Notes under the pieces: generated by a model
The model's database searches: none
The model's input: only the letters and a program-made list of their open reading frames with translations
Told to the model about the DNA's origin: nothing
Program-made: the position numbers and the translations under genes
Shown here: one piece after another, positions 1 through 7,816 of the stretch
How the letters are laid out: each line of letters opens with the position of its first letter
Numbering within the stretch: the first letter of the stretch is position 1
NCBI GenBank assembly: GCA_964368435.1
Contig: CAYJBS010000005.1
Span: forward strand, 1 to 47,864
Direction of reading: 5' to 3'
Length of the DNA: 47,864 bases
Source: an uncultured Christensenella sp.
GTDB lineage: Bacteria > Bacillota > Clostridia > Christensenellales > DTU072

Positions 1-1104
1 CTTCAGATTATCGCCGCCGAGAAGGCAGCCGAAGACGAGTTGCGACTCAGCAAAGAGGCTTTGAGCAGAGCCGCTTTGAGAAGAATAGAAGAAGAAAAAG
101 ACATCGCCCAGAAAGATGCCAACGCAAGATTCCTTGCAGAAAGACAGGGCATCGAGAAGGCGGCCGAAGAGAGAATACGCGCAGAGAGAGAAGCCGTGAA
201 GAGGCTGCTTGAAGAGAAGAGGGCGCTGGATTCATCTCCTTGCGGATATATGCCCGATATGCATTCACAAACAAGACAGGCGGTGCAGCCTTTTGTCATC
301 GTTCCTTATGTCAACACCAATCAGCCTTTGCTACAATACAAGCCCAACCAGGTTTACCGCTTCGTTCCCAACACATTTGAGGAACAGCTTGCAGCGCAAG
401 AGAAGGCGAAGAAAGACTTGCAGACCATGCTTGAAGGACCCAAGCCCACCGAACAGGAAATCGAGCATCTTATAGCCAAGAAACAGAACGAGAAGCAGGC
501 AGTCGAAGAAGAATTGGACATGCTTTCTACCGCCGACAAAAATACGGAGCAATACCAAAAGAACATGAAAAAAGGCAAGCTTAGAACACGCCTTACTTCG
601 TTGTTTATTACGCTTTTCATTTTGGGGCTGGGAGTGATGCTGTGGTTCTTGCCATTGCTTCCCAAAGCCACTTATGACGGCGGCAACCTGAATATCGTCA
701 CGGGCTTTGCTATGCTTGTTCAAGACGGCATAAACGGCATCGTCGGCACAGAGCTTGCATTTGTTACCTCGAACAGCTATGTTGATTTTATCAGAGACAT
801 TGAGTATATGGGCGGAGTCGTACTGCCTTTTGGGTTGTGCCTGGCTCTTATCACCTATGTTGTCCTACTCATAAAATCCATCATAAGACTCATCACCGGC
901 AATGCAAGAAGCAAGGGAATATTCCTTCCCATACTTTCGTTCATTTTCATTCAGCTTGCAGTAGCCGGCATATATTTGCTTGCCAAACCTGCAGGATATG
1001 ATTTCATTGTCGATCTTCAATACGCAGTATACGGTCTTGAAGGATTGGGTCTTGTAATTCTTATTTGCTCTCTTTTCTCAAAAAAGAACAAACAGAAGGA
1101 ATAG
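1..1104 (+). CDS. 5'-truncated coiled-coil + PIVQP/VPY-motif + 4-TM membrane protein (unrecognised family, cluster gene A)
   Basis: Frame is open from base 1 (LQIIAAEKAAEDELRL...), so the true start lies upstream of the window. E/K/R/A-rich helical segments, motif QAVQPFVIVPYVNTNQPLLQY, then four hydrophobic helices ending SLFSKKNKQKE. Confidence 0.85.
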   Translation, partial: LQIIAAEKAAEDELRLSKEALSRAALRRIEEEKDIAQKDANARFLAERQGIEKAAEERIRAEREAVKRLLEEKRALDSSPCGYMPDMHSQTRQAVQPFVIVPYVNTNQPLLQYKPNQVYRFVPNTFEEQLAAQEKAKKDLQTMLEGPKPTEQEIEHLIAKKQNEKQAVEEELDMLSTADKNTEQYQKNMKKGKLRTRLTSLFITLFILGLGVMLWFLPLLPKATYDGGNLNIVTGFAMLVQDGINGIVGTELAFVTSNSYVDFIRDIEYMGGVVLPFGLCLALITYVVLLIKSIIRLITGNARSKGIFLPILSFIFIQLAVAGIYLLAKPAGYDFIVDLQYAVYGLEGLGLVILICSLFSKKNKQKE

Positions 1105-1161
1105 ATTGCAAGCCTACAGTAATAAGGATATATTAAAATAATATATAAAGGAGTTTTCGCT

Positions 1162-1980
1162 ATGCCAAACCAAAAAAAGCCCGACCAGGCGTTACCAAAG
1201 AGATTTGAGGAGTTGTCCGACGTTGAGTTTATCGCTTATGCCGATTACCTTAGCTCACCCTACTACAAGGCATATCTTCAAGCAAAGCACTCAAGCAGCA
1301 TGGTAAGTCAAGATGCTCTTTACGCCAATGCTATTTCCCCAAGGTCAAGATCCGGCGCTTTAGCATCAACCGGTATAGCATACAGAAGAAGAAAAGGATT
1401 TTTGGCACTCATTGTCATATTTATGGTGGCTATTTTGGCTATCGGCGTACTCGGATATCTGGGCACAATAGTGCCGGAATACGTATCGGCTTTCACAAAG
1501 GTCGAAGGCGAAACAAAAACTTATGTCGGTATTACGGACCCCGTGCTTGCCGCATTGAACAAATTCGCAGGTATGGAAATGGACAGCGTATTTTTCGCAG
1601 ATTGGAACACTATGCCCGCTAATGCGAATATCGCTACAAAAATAGCATATTTCGGGCTTCCCATTGCCGCCGCGCTTGCGCTGGTCTTTGCTCTTATTAT
1701 CCTTATAATAGCAATTGCCGCTTTGACGAAGAGAGGCGTCGACAAAGGCTATGTCGCAAGAAAAGTCAAATTTGGGTTTTTGTCACTGTTATTGTTCCTA
1801 TTCTCATTGTTTATTGCCGCTTGCGGCGTCATCTGGAACGGAGCAGGTCTGGGCGAGATAGTAGGTTTCTTTACCTTCACAACGACAAAGATATATGCCG
1901 GCTACGGCTTGTTTGGCATAATCGGATTATCTTTACTCAGCATGATATTCAACTGGCTTTCTTATAAGAAATCCAAATAG
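1162..1980 (+). CDS. 4-TM membrane protein, paralogue in unrecognised cluster (gene B)
   Basis: SD aaggag upstream; RRRK then TM1, loop GITDPVLAAL, TM2 YFGLPIAAALAL, C-terminal GYGLFGIIGLSLLSMIFNWLSYKKSK. Confidence 0.85.
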   Translation: MPNQKKPDQALPKRFEELSDVEFIAYADYLSSPYYKAYLQAKHSSSMVSQDALYANAISPRSRSGALASTGIAYRRRKGFLALIVIFMVAILAIGVLGYLGTIVPEYVSAFTKVEGETKTYVGITDPVLAALNKFAGMEMDSVFFADWNTMPANANIATKIAYFGLPIAAALALVFALIILIIAIAALTKRGVDKGYVARKVKFGFLSLLLFLFSLFIAACGVIWNGAGLGEIVGFFTFTTTKIYAGYGLFGIIGLSLLSMIFNWLSYKKSK

Positions 1981-2016
1981 CCGAATGCCTATCATTTCTA
2001 TAGAAAGGAGATCATT

Positions 2017-2238
2017 ATGTCAAAGAAATCAAAGATAGAACAAGCTCAAGCGCAAGCACAACCGCAATTCAGAAGGATGACAGCATCCTACAGAATCGTA
2101 AATCCCGCCGGCGCAATACCTGTTGCAAGACCTTCCAGCAACATTCAGCTGACTCCCATTGTGCAACCTGTATCATTTGTGCCGTATTCTACTCAGGGAC
2201 AGCCTATGCTGACGGTTGACGACGATTACGACTACTAA
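2017..2238 (+). CDS. 73-aa soluble Pro/Gln/Val-rich motif protein (gene C)
   Basis: SD aaaggag; contains PVARPSSNIQLTPIVQPVSFVPYSTQGQPML; clear paralogue of 3441..3659. Confidence 0.85.
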   Translation: MSKKSKIEQAQAQAQPQFRRMTASYRIVNPAGAIPVARPSSNIQLTPIVQPVSFVPYSTQGQPMLTVDDDYDY

Positions 2239-2249
2239 GACTGACAAAA

Positions 2250-2297
2250 CTTGTCTTGCCGAGGTTCTTTTTATGAAGGACTTCGGTTCGAGACAGG
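2250..2297 (+). other. Long imperfect stem-loop downstream of gene C
   Basis: cttgtcttg/cgagacagg and ccgaggttctt/aaggacttcgg can pair using G-U pairs; no following U-tract. Confidence 0.45.
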
Positions 2298-2349
2298 GCA
2301 TGGCATTGCCGCAGGGCGGCTTTACCAAAATATTAGATATAAAATACAA

Positions 2350-2378
2350 TTGAAGTTTTGTTATACTTATGTTAGACT
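2350..2378 (+). promoter_or_regulatory. Putative SigA promoter for genes D-H
   Basis: TTGAAG-17 nt-TAGACT with TG extended -10, in the AT-rich 194-bp intergenic region. Confidence 0.45.
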
Positions 2379-2432
2379 TTATTAGTATAACAAGCGACAA
2401 AGCAACGAAAACTACCCTACACGGAGCTCAAA

Positions 2433-3422
2433 ATGGCATCAAGAGGCAACAAAACACAGAATACAAACGCATACGGCAATAGATCTGCTATGCCCTATTC
2501 GCGTGCGAATTTACCCCCTATCGTGCCGTCGGGTCCCCGCAGAACGGGAGGCGCAAGTCTGCAACAGCAGGAGTATGAGAGACAGACTCTCGAAAGGAAG
2601 AGAGCTGCCGTCAACAAACGCAAGTCATATTACCGCGACGACCGCCGCAAAAAAGGCAAGAAAGACCCGAACAGTGTTTATCGCAAAGAAAAGCAAAAGC
2701 GCATAAAAAAAGGCAGGGATCACTTCTTCGTAATGAGGAAATTTGTCTGCTTTTTGATGTTTCTGCTTTTTGCCGTGTGCATAGCTTTATTTGTTATGGG
2801 ATACTTGAATATGTTTCCCGAATACACCTCGATGTATACCCAACCGGACTATACACTCAAGGAGGAGAGGGTTCAAAAAGAGGTTGACGGAGTTGTGGTG
2901 GATTATGAGGACAAGTCCCAACATTTCACCACGGTTGATCCTATATTCGGTTTCTTGAAAACAATACCTTTTATAGGCGATATCGGACCTTCCCCGAAAT
3001 ATACCGATATGGCAACAAAAGCAGAGGGCGCAAATACCGATATGATTGCGTCAATAGTACTTAAATATTTCCCAATAGCTATACTGTTATTTATTATTAT
3101 TGCGCTCATAAATATGATCAAAGCTTTCTTGGGAATGTTCGGAAGCCGCGTGTACCGAATGTTTGGTCTCAGCGCCATTTTGATGATAATAATGGCAGCT
3201 GTTGCAGCGCTGGCAGGCATGGCATTGAATTTACCTACAGAACAAGCCGCGCTGGATTATGCCAAGATTGTGCCGTTCTTCACGAACTATCTGTTGAAAC
3301 CCAGTGATGGCGGAACAAACGCAGCCGGATTCGGACTACTTGCCATGGTAGCAATACCGGTAATAATACTTATATTGTCATTGTTCGCCAAGAAAAAAGT
3401 ACCATTCAGCATTTTTGATTGA
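2433..3422 (+). CDS. 4-TM membrane protein with very basic N-terminal region (gene D)
   Basis: SD ggag; K/R-rich segment, TM1, loop FTTVDPIFGFL, TM2 KYFPIAILLF, C-terminal GFGLLAMVAIPVIILILSLFAKKK; paralogous to gene B. Confidence 0.85.
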   Translation: MASRGNKTQNTNAYGNRSAMPYSRANLPPIVPSGPRRTGGASLQQQEYERQTLERKRAAVNKRKSYYRDDRRKKGKKDPNSVYRKEKQKRIKKGRDHFFVMRKFVCFLMFLLFAVCIALFVMGYLNMFPEYTSMYTQPDYTLKEERVQKEVDGVVVDYEDKSQHFTTVDPIFGFLKTIPFIGDIGPSPKYTDMATKAEGANTDMIASIVLKYFPIAILLFIIIALINMIKAFLGMFGSRVYRMFGLSAILMIIMAAVAALAGMALNLPTEQAALDYAKIVPFFTNYLLKPSDGGTNAAGFGLLAMVAIPVIILILSLFAKKKVPFSIFD

Positions 3423-3440
3423 TGCAAAAAAGGAGTCATT

Positions 3441-3659
3441 ATGTCAAGGAAAAATAAAAAGAATATAGCGCTTGCGCCTGCTCCCGTCAGAAGACCTGTC
3501 GAACCTCAGATTATTTACGGCAGAGTACCCGGTATGGTGCCGGTAGCAAGACCGGCTTCGAACATACAGCTTACGCCGATAGTGCAGCCGATTGCCTTCG
3601 TACCTTATGGCACGGGCGCTCAGCCGTTGCTTGTTATGGACGACGAATACGACCGCTAA
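3441..3659 (+). CDS. 72-aa soluble Pro/Gln/Val-rich motif protein (gene E)
   Basis: SD aaaggag; PVARPASNIQLTPIVQPIAFVPYGTGAQPLLVMDDEYDR. Confidence 0.85.
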   Translation: MSRKNKKNIALAPAPVRRPVEPQIIYGRVPGMVPVARPASNIQLTPIVQPIAFVPYGTGAQPLLVMDDEYDR

Positions 3660-3700
3660 CTCAATAATAGATTTCATCTAATAGAAAGGAGAGAACAACC

Positions 3701-4399
3701 ATGTCAAAAAAACCAAAAAATGCGCCTCTCGCAAATAGCGATAACGAGTGGATCGACGAGGAGTTTTCGGGGAATAATGCCGCGCAGAATTCTTCGAGTT
3801 TTCAGCTTGCGCCGATAGTGCAACCGCTGGCAATCGTACCGTTCAATACGCAGGAGCAACCCTTGTTTCAATACGGCAGCAGCTATGATTTCAATCAAGC
3901 AAGAGAAGACATTGCACGAGGCTTTGAGGACGAAATAGAGCAGCAATATGAGGCTCCAATCGAGAAGAGAGTGCGCTTTGTGCCGATATTCTTGGCAATA
4001 TTGAGCCTTTTGATTGTCGGAGTACTGGTGCTGGGCGAGTTCGCATTGCAACAGTATTTGGTTTTGACTGCAGGAATGAGCGGATATGCGTATGTTATGG
4101 ACTTGGTCAATCAAGTTTCCGGTACGCTTGTCATAGCCGATCTTGTTTTCCCCGGAGCAGTGGCGATTGTGGCGGTGTTTTCCGTGCTCAATCTGTTGGC
4201 TTCGCTGATAAAAATGAAATCCCGAGGAGCTTGCGCTTTCTCAAAAATATGTCTGTTCTTTATGTTGACCTTCTCGCTTGTGCTTGTTCTTATTTCCTTA
4301 ATGAACGAAATCGAGATGGGTTATGGATTGTATGCGGTGGCAGGTTTATCCTTCCTTTCGTTAATAATCGGATATCTGGCAAAAAAGGACAAAAAATAA
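3701..4399 (+). CDS. Motif + 4-TM membrane protein (gene F)
   Basis: SD aaaggag; SSFQLAPIVQPLAIVPFNTQEQPLFQY, then 4 TM ending GYGLYAVAGLSFLSLIIGYLAKKDKK. Confidence 0.85.
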   Translation: MSKKPKNAPLANSDNEWIDEEFSGNNAAQNSSSFQLAPIVQPLAIVPFNTQEQPLFQYGSSYDFNQAREDIARGFEDEIEQQYEAPIEKRVRFVPIFLAILSLLIVGVLVLGEFALQQYLVLTAGMSGYAYVMDLVNQVSGTLVIADLVFPGAVAIVAVFSVLNLLASLIKMKSRGACAFSKICLFFMLTFSLVLVLISLMNEIEMGYGLYAVAGLSFLSLIIGYLAKKDKK

Positions 4400-4435
4400 G
4401 CAGGCTTTTGAGCTAACAAAAAAGGAGTATACCTT

Positions 4436-4771
4436 ATGAGCAAGAAACGCGAAATGGAAGAAATCCGTTACGAAAGAGGTGTGGCGCCGCAGCAGCAGCC
4501 CAATGACCAAGTTTATTGGCCGTTTGCTACCGCCCAACAACCAAACGTCACCGTAATGATGCCCAATACCGGCAATTATCAATCTTACGGTGTCGGTAGC
4601 ATCATCGGATTGCCGCAATACCAGTCAATCGACGAATATGGCAGAGTATTCCATCCTCCCCTTATGTATGGCGCCCAGCCTTGCTCGGCTCCCGTGCCTG
4701 TAGCAAGACCGTCATCTGTTGTTCAGACGACGCCTATCACTATGCCGATACAAATGTCCTTAGACAGATAG
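4436..4771 (+). CDS. 111-aa soluble Pro/Gln-rich protein with truncated motif (gene G)
   Basis: SD aaaggag; MSKK start like C/E/F; ends PVPVARPSSVVQTTPITMPIQMSLDR. Confidence 0.8.
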   Translation: MSKKREMEEIRYERGVAPQQQPNDQVYWPFATAQQPNVTVMMPNTGNYQSYGVGSIIGLPQYQSIDEYGRVFHPPLMYGAQPCSAPVPVARPSSVVQTTPITMPIQMSLDR

Positions 4772-4807
4772 TCCAATAATAAGAACTTATTAGGAAGGTA
4801 GAAGAAA

Positions 4808-5836
4808 ATGAATAATGATAACAACAATCAGCAGATGACTCAGAATCCGACAAATACGAGTTTTCCGACGCCCGAGCCGAATTGCAACGCAGGCGCGCCT
4901 GTCGTGCCGCAGAGCCAAAACGGCAAATGGGTACCTGTAGACCCTGCCACGATGGGTTTCACAATCAGCGGAAATATGAATACACCGGTACAAGGACCTG
5001 ACGGAGCTTATTATTGCATAAGCAACTCTCGTCCCGAATACAGCAGCATTCAATCGAATATGAGCACCGCAGTGCCTACTCCTTCATCTATCGTGCAGCT
5101 TCCTCCGATAGTTCAGCCCATTGCGCTTGTGCCCTATGCTTCGCAAAATCAGCCGCTGCTTCAGTATGACCCGAACTTCCGTCCTCAAGAGCCGCAAACA
5201 CAGACTCCGACGAAATACCGCTTGAAGCCGTACAGAGGAATATCCTTTGTTCAAGTGCTTTGCGCAGTAGCCATCGTCGTACTGTTGGTTCTGCTGAACA
5301 TAATAGCCGGCAAAAACTCCACAGGCAGCCCCATAGACTGGAACACCTACAACGCCACAGGACTTGATGTCATATACGGCATACTTGCTCAGTTCGGATT
5401 GTTATCAATGAACAGTGTGTTTTTTGACAAGATTCTCAGCGTGAATTTTGTAGGCGGTCTTGGTGCAGGTTTCGAAGCTGACTTTGTGTTGTCACTTATG
5501 TACATACTTATTCCGATATTTGTAGCAATTGCGCTTATTATCGCTGTCATTCTCGTAATCGTTTACCTTGTCAAACTCGGCAAGATGAAGACGCCTCGCG
5601 GCTTCAACATCGGGGCTTTCATCATATTCTGCCTTTTGGTAGCTGTCATTGCCATGGTATTTGCCATCTCAAAAAGAGAGAGCATGAGCCTTGTTCCGGG
5701 AATTGCGCTATATATAGCCGCAGCACTCAGCTTGTTTATGGTGATCTTCAACTTCTTTGCCAAAAAGAACGCATACATCATTGACGAGACGGCGCTCAAA
5801 AAGGTCTATATTCTAGACGAAGCGCCAAAAGCATAA
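4808..5836 (+). CDS. Pro/Gln/Asn-rich N-terminus + motif + 4-TM membrane protein (gene H)
   Basis: AVPTPSSIVQLPPIVQPIALVPYASQNQPLLQY; loop ATGLDVIYGIL; TM4 GIALYIAAALSLFMVIFNFFAKKN. Confidence 0.85.
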   Translation: MNNDNNNQQMTQNPTNTSFPTPEPNCNAGAPVVPQSQNGKWVPVDPATMGFTISGNMNTPVQGPDGAYYCISNSRPEYSSIQSNMSTAVPTPSSIVQLPPIVQPIALVPYASQNQPLLQYDPNFRPQEPQTQTPTKYRLKPYRGISFVQVLCAVAIVVLLVLLNIIAGKNSTGSPIDWNTYNATGLDVIYGILAQFGLLSMNSVFFDKILSVNFVGGLGAGFEADFVLSLMYILIPIFVAIALIIAVILVIVYLVKLGKMKTPRGFNIGAFIIFCLLVAVIAMVFAISKRESMSLVPGIALYIAAALSLFMVIFNFFAKKNAYIIDETALKKVYILDEAPKA

Positions 5837-5846
5837 GAAAAAAATC

Positions 5847-5885
5847 CAAAAGACGGGAGCCTTCGAGGACATAACCCGTCTTTTG
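5847..5885 (+). terminator. Putative intrinsic terminator closing the unrecognised cluster
   Basis: caaaagacggg ... cccgtcttttg inverted repeat with T-tract just after the gene H stop. Confidence 0.65.
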
Positions 5886-5927
5886 CATATTTTGCAAGAA
5901 ACGGCAATAATAATATAGGAGAAAAAA

Positions 5928-6155
5928 ATGGTACTAGAAAAAGTCAAACAACTTATTTCCGAACAGCTGGGCATAAGTGTCAGCGACATAGCCGAAGAGA
6001 GTTCTCTAGTGAACGATCTTGGCGCAGACTCGCTGGATATCGTTCAGATGCTCATAAGTCTTGAAAAGGAATTCGGCATAGTATTCGGAGACGACGAAAT
6101 AAAGACGATAAAAACCGTCGGTGATGCCGTAAAATTCATAGACACACACAAATAA
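5928..6155 (+). CDS. acpP: Acyl carrier protein
   Basis: 75 aa, acidic, LGADSLD phosphopantetheine attachment motif. Confidence 0.95.
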   Translation: MVLEKVKQLISEQLGISVSDIAEESSLVNDLGADSLDIVQMLISLEKEFGIVFGDDEIKTIKTVGDAVKFIDTHK

Positions 6156-6179
6156 AACAATATTTTCCCTTATTTTCTG

Positions 6180-6209
6180 TTGACATATCAGAAGACGGTG
6201 TGTTATATT
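6180..6209 (+). promoter_or_regulatory. SigA promoter of rpmG-secE-nusG
   Basis: TTGACA-18 nt-TATATT with TG extended -10. Confidence 0.6.
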
Positions 6210-6255
6210 ATTAAAGCACCCTTGGGGGTGTTAATTTTTTTGGAGGATTTCGAAA

Positions 6256-6405
6256 ATGCGTGTAAAAATTACTCTTGCATGTACAGAATGCAAGCAGCGC
6301 AATTATGATAATATGAAGAACAAGAAGAACACGCCGGACAGGCTGGAGCTTAGCAAGTATTGCAGATTCTGCAAAAAGCATACTGCGCACAAAGAAACCA
6401 AATAG
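6256..6405 (+). CDS. rpmG: 50S ribosomal protein L33 (zinc-binding C+ form); missing from the ORF track
   Basis: Hand translation: [49 protein letters not shown]; SD ggagg; two CxxC pairs. Confidence 0.97.
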   Translation: MRVKITLACTECKQRNYDNMKNKKNTPDRLELSKYCRFCKKHTAHKETK

Positions 6406-6420
6406 CAAAAGGGGGTTCTT

Positions 6421-6747
6421 ATGGCAAAGAACAGACTCGAAATCCCTGATTTAGAGATTAAGTCATCCGAAGCAGTAGAAACCAAAGCCAAGACACCGCA
6501 AAAATCAAAAAAGGCGGCGCCGGGCAAAAAGAAGTTTTCTATCGGCAGGGTATTCAGAGAAATGATCAGCGAATTGAAGAAAGTCGATTGGGCGCCTTTC
6601 AAGCGCACAAAAAACAATAGCGGTGTATTGGCTCAGACCTCTACCGTTATGGTTGTAGTGCTTTTCTTCCTTATTATCATATCGGCTTTCGATACCGGAC
6701 TGGGCGAACTGCTCAAAATATTGCTGGAGAGCGCCAGCCCCAATTGA
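6421..6747 (+). CDS. secE: Preprotein translocase subunit SecE
   Basis: SELKKVDW motif, single C-terminal TM, position between rpmG and nusG. Confidence 0.92.
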   Translation: MAKNRLEIPDLEIKSSEAVETKAKTPQKSKKAAPGKKKFSIGRVFREMISELKKVDWAPFKRTKNNSGVLAQTSTVMVVVLFFLIIISAFDTGLGELLKILLESASPN

Positions 6748-6766
6748 GAAACATCAGGAGCAAAGA

Positions 6767-7294
6767 ATGGAAAATATAGAAAATTTGAGATGGTACGTTA
6801 TTCACGTCTTCTCGTCATATGAGACAGTTGTAAAGAACAATCTCGAAAAGATGATCGAGAATAACAACCTCCAAGATTTTATCAAGGAGATTTCCATACC
6901 CGTTGAGGAAGAAATTGTCGAGAAAAACGGCAAAAGAAAGATTGTCGAAAGAAGAAAATTCCCCGGATATGTCTTTTTGAAAATGATATACACAGATCAC
7001 CTTTGGTACATGATAACCAACACCAGAGGCGTGACAGGCTTCGTCGGTCCTCAGGGCAAGGCGTTGCCGCTTACCAATGAAGAAATAAGAAGAATGGGAC
7101 TCGAAAAGATCACCGCGGAGGAGTTCGACATCGCCCCGGGCGACAATGTCAAGGTCATCTCCGGCGCTTTGGAAACCTTCCTTGGCGTAGTGGAGGAAGT
7201 ATCCATCGAGAAACAAAAGGCAAGGGTTATCGTGCATATGTTCGGCAGACAGACTCCTGTCGAGCTGGAATTCAATCAAATAGAAAAGATATAA
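6767..7294 (+). CDS. nusG: Transcription termination/antitermination factor NusG
   Basis: WYVIH, FPGYVF, NTRGVTGFVG, KOW domain ending MFGRQTPVELEF. Confidence 0.98.
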   Translation: MENIENLRWYVIHVFSSYETVVKNNLEKMIENNNLQDFIKEISIPVEEEIVEKNGKRKIVERRKFPGYVFLKMIYTDHLWYMITNTRGVTGFVGPQGKALPLTNEEIRRMGLEKITAEEFDIAPGDNVKVISGALETFLGVVEEVSIEKQKARVIVHMFGRQTPVELEFNQIEKI

Positions 7295-7315
7295 ACAACC
7301 TTTGGTTTTTATATA

Positions 7316-7357
7316 TGGGAGGCCGACAAAATTTTTCATTGTCGTCCGCTTGTACCA
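7316..7357 (+). promoter_or_regulatory. Probable L1-binding autoregulatory RNA site upstream of rplK
   Basis: tgggagg-[cgacaa...ttgtcg hairpin]-...tacca resembles the GGGAG...ACCA L1 operator found before Firmicute rplK/rplA. Confidence 0.55.
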
Positions 7358-7380
7358 AGTAGTCGAGGAGGAATCAGACT

Positions 7381-7806
7381 ATGGCAAAAAAAATCAGCGC
7401 AGTAGTTAAACTACAATTACCCGCAGGCAAAGCAACACCGGGACCGCCTGTAGGTTCAACACTCGGACCCCACGGCATCAACATTCCGGCATTCACAAAG
7501 GAATTCAACGAAAAGACTTCCGCTCAGGCAGGTTTAGTCATTCCCGTAGTTATCACGATTTATGCCGACCGTTCGTTTACCTTTATTCTCAAGACACCTC
7601 CGGCAGCGGTGCTTATCAAAAAGGCATGCAAAATCGAATCCGGCAGCGCAAAACCCAATCGCGAAAAAGTAGCAAAAATCAGCAAAGCGCAGCTCGAAGA
7701 GATCGGCAAGCTGAAGATGGTTGACCTCAATGCAGCATCGGTTGAAGCCGCTGCCAGCATGATAGCAGGCACAGCACGCAGCATGGGCATCACGGTAGAG
7801 GACTAG
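7381..7806 (+). CDS. rplK: 50S ribosomal protein L11
   Basis: [34 protein letters not shown]. Confidence 0.99.
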   Translation: MAKKISAVVKLQLPAGKATPGPPVGSTLGPHGINIPAFTKEFNEKTSAQAGLVIPVVITIYADRSFTFILKTPPAAVLIKKACKIESGSAKPNREKVAKISKAQLEEIGKLKMVDLNAASVEAAASMIAGTARSMGITVED

Positions 7807-7816
7807 GAGGTACAAC

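Noticed and set aside
2017-4771. Small ORFs C/E/G as RiPP or bacteriocin precursors
   Set aside because: No modifying enzyme, peptidase or dedicated transporter nearby and no double-Gly leader; the conserved segment also occurs inside membrane proteins.
5885-5915. SigF/SigG-like promoter before acpP (GCATA...GGCAATAAT)
   Set aside because: Spacing is 13 nt rather than ~15; AT-rich context makes a chance match likely.
5928-6155. acpP as part of the unrecognised cluster
   Set aside because: Separated by a terminator-like hairpin and looks like an ordinary fatty-acid ACP; no functional link visible.
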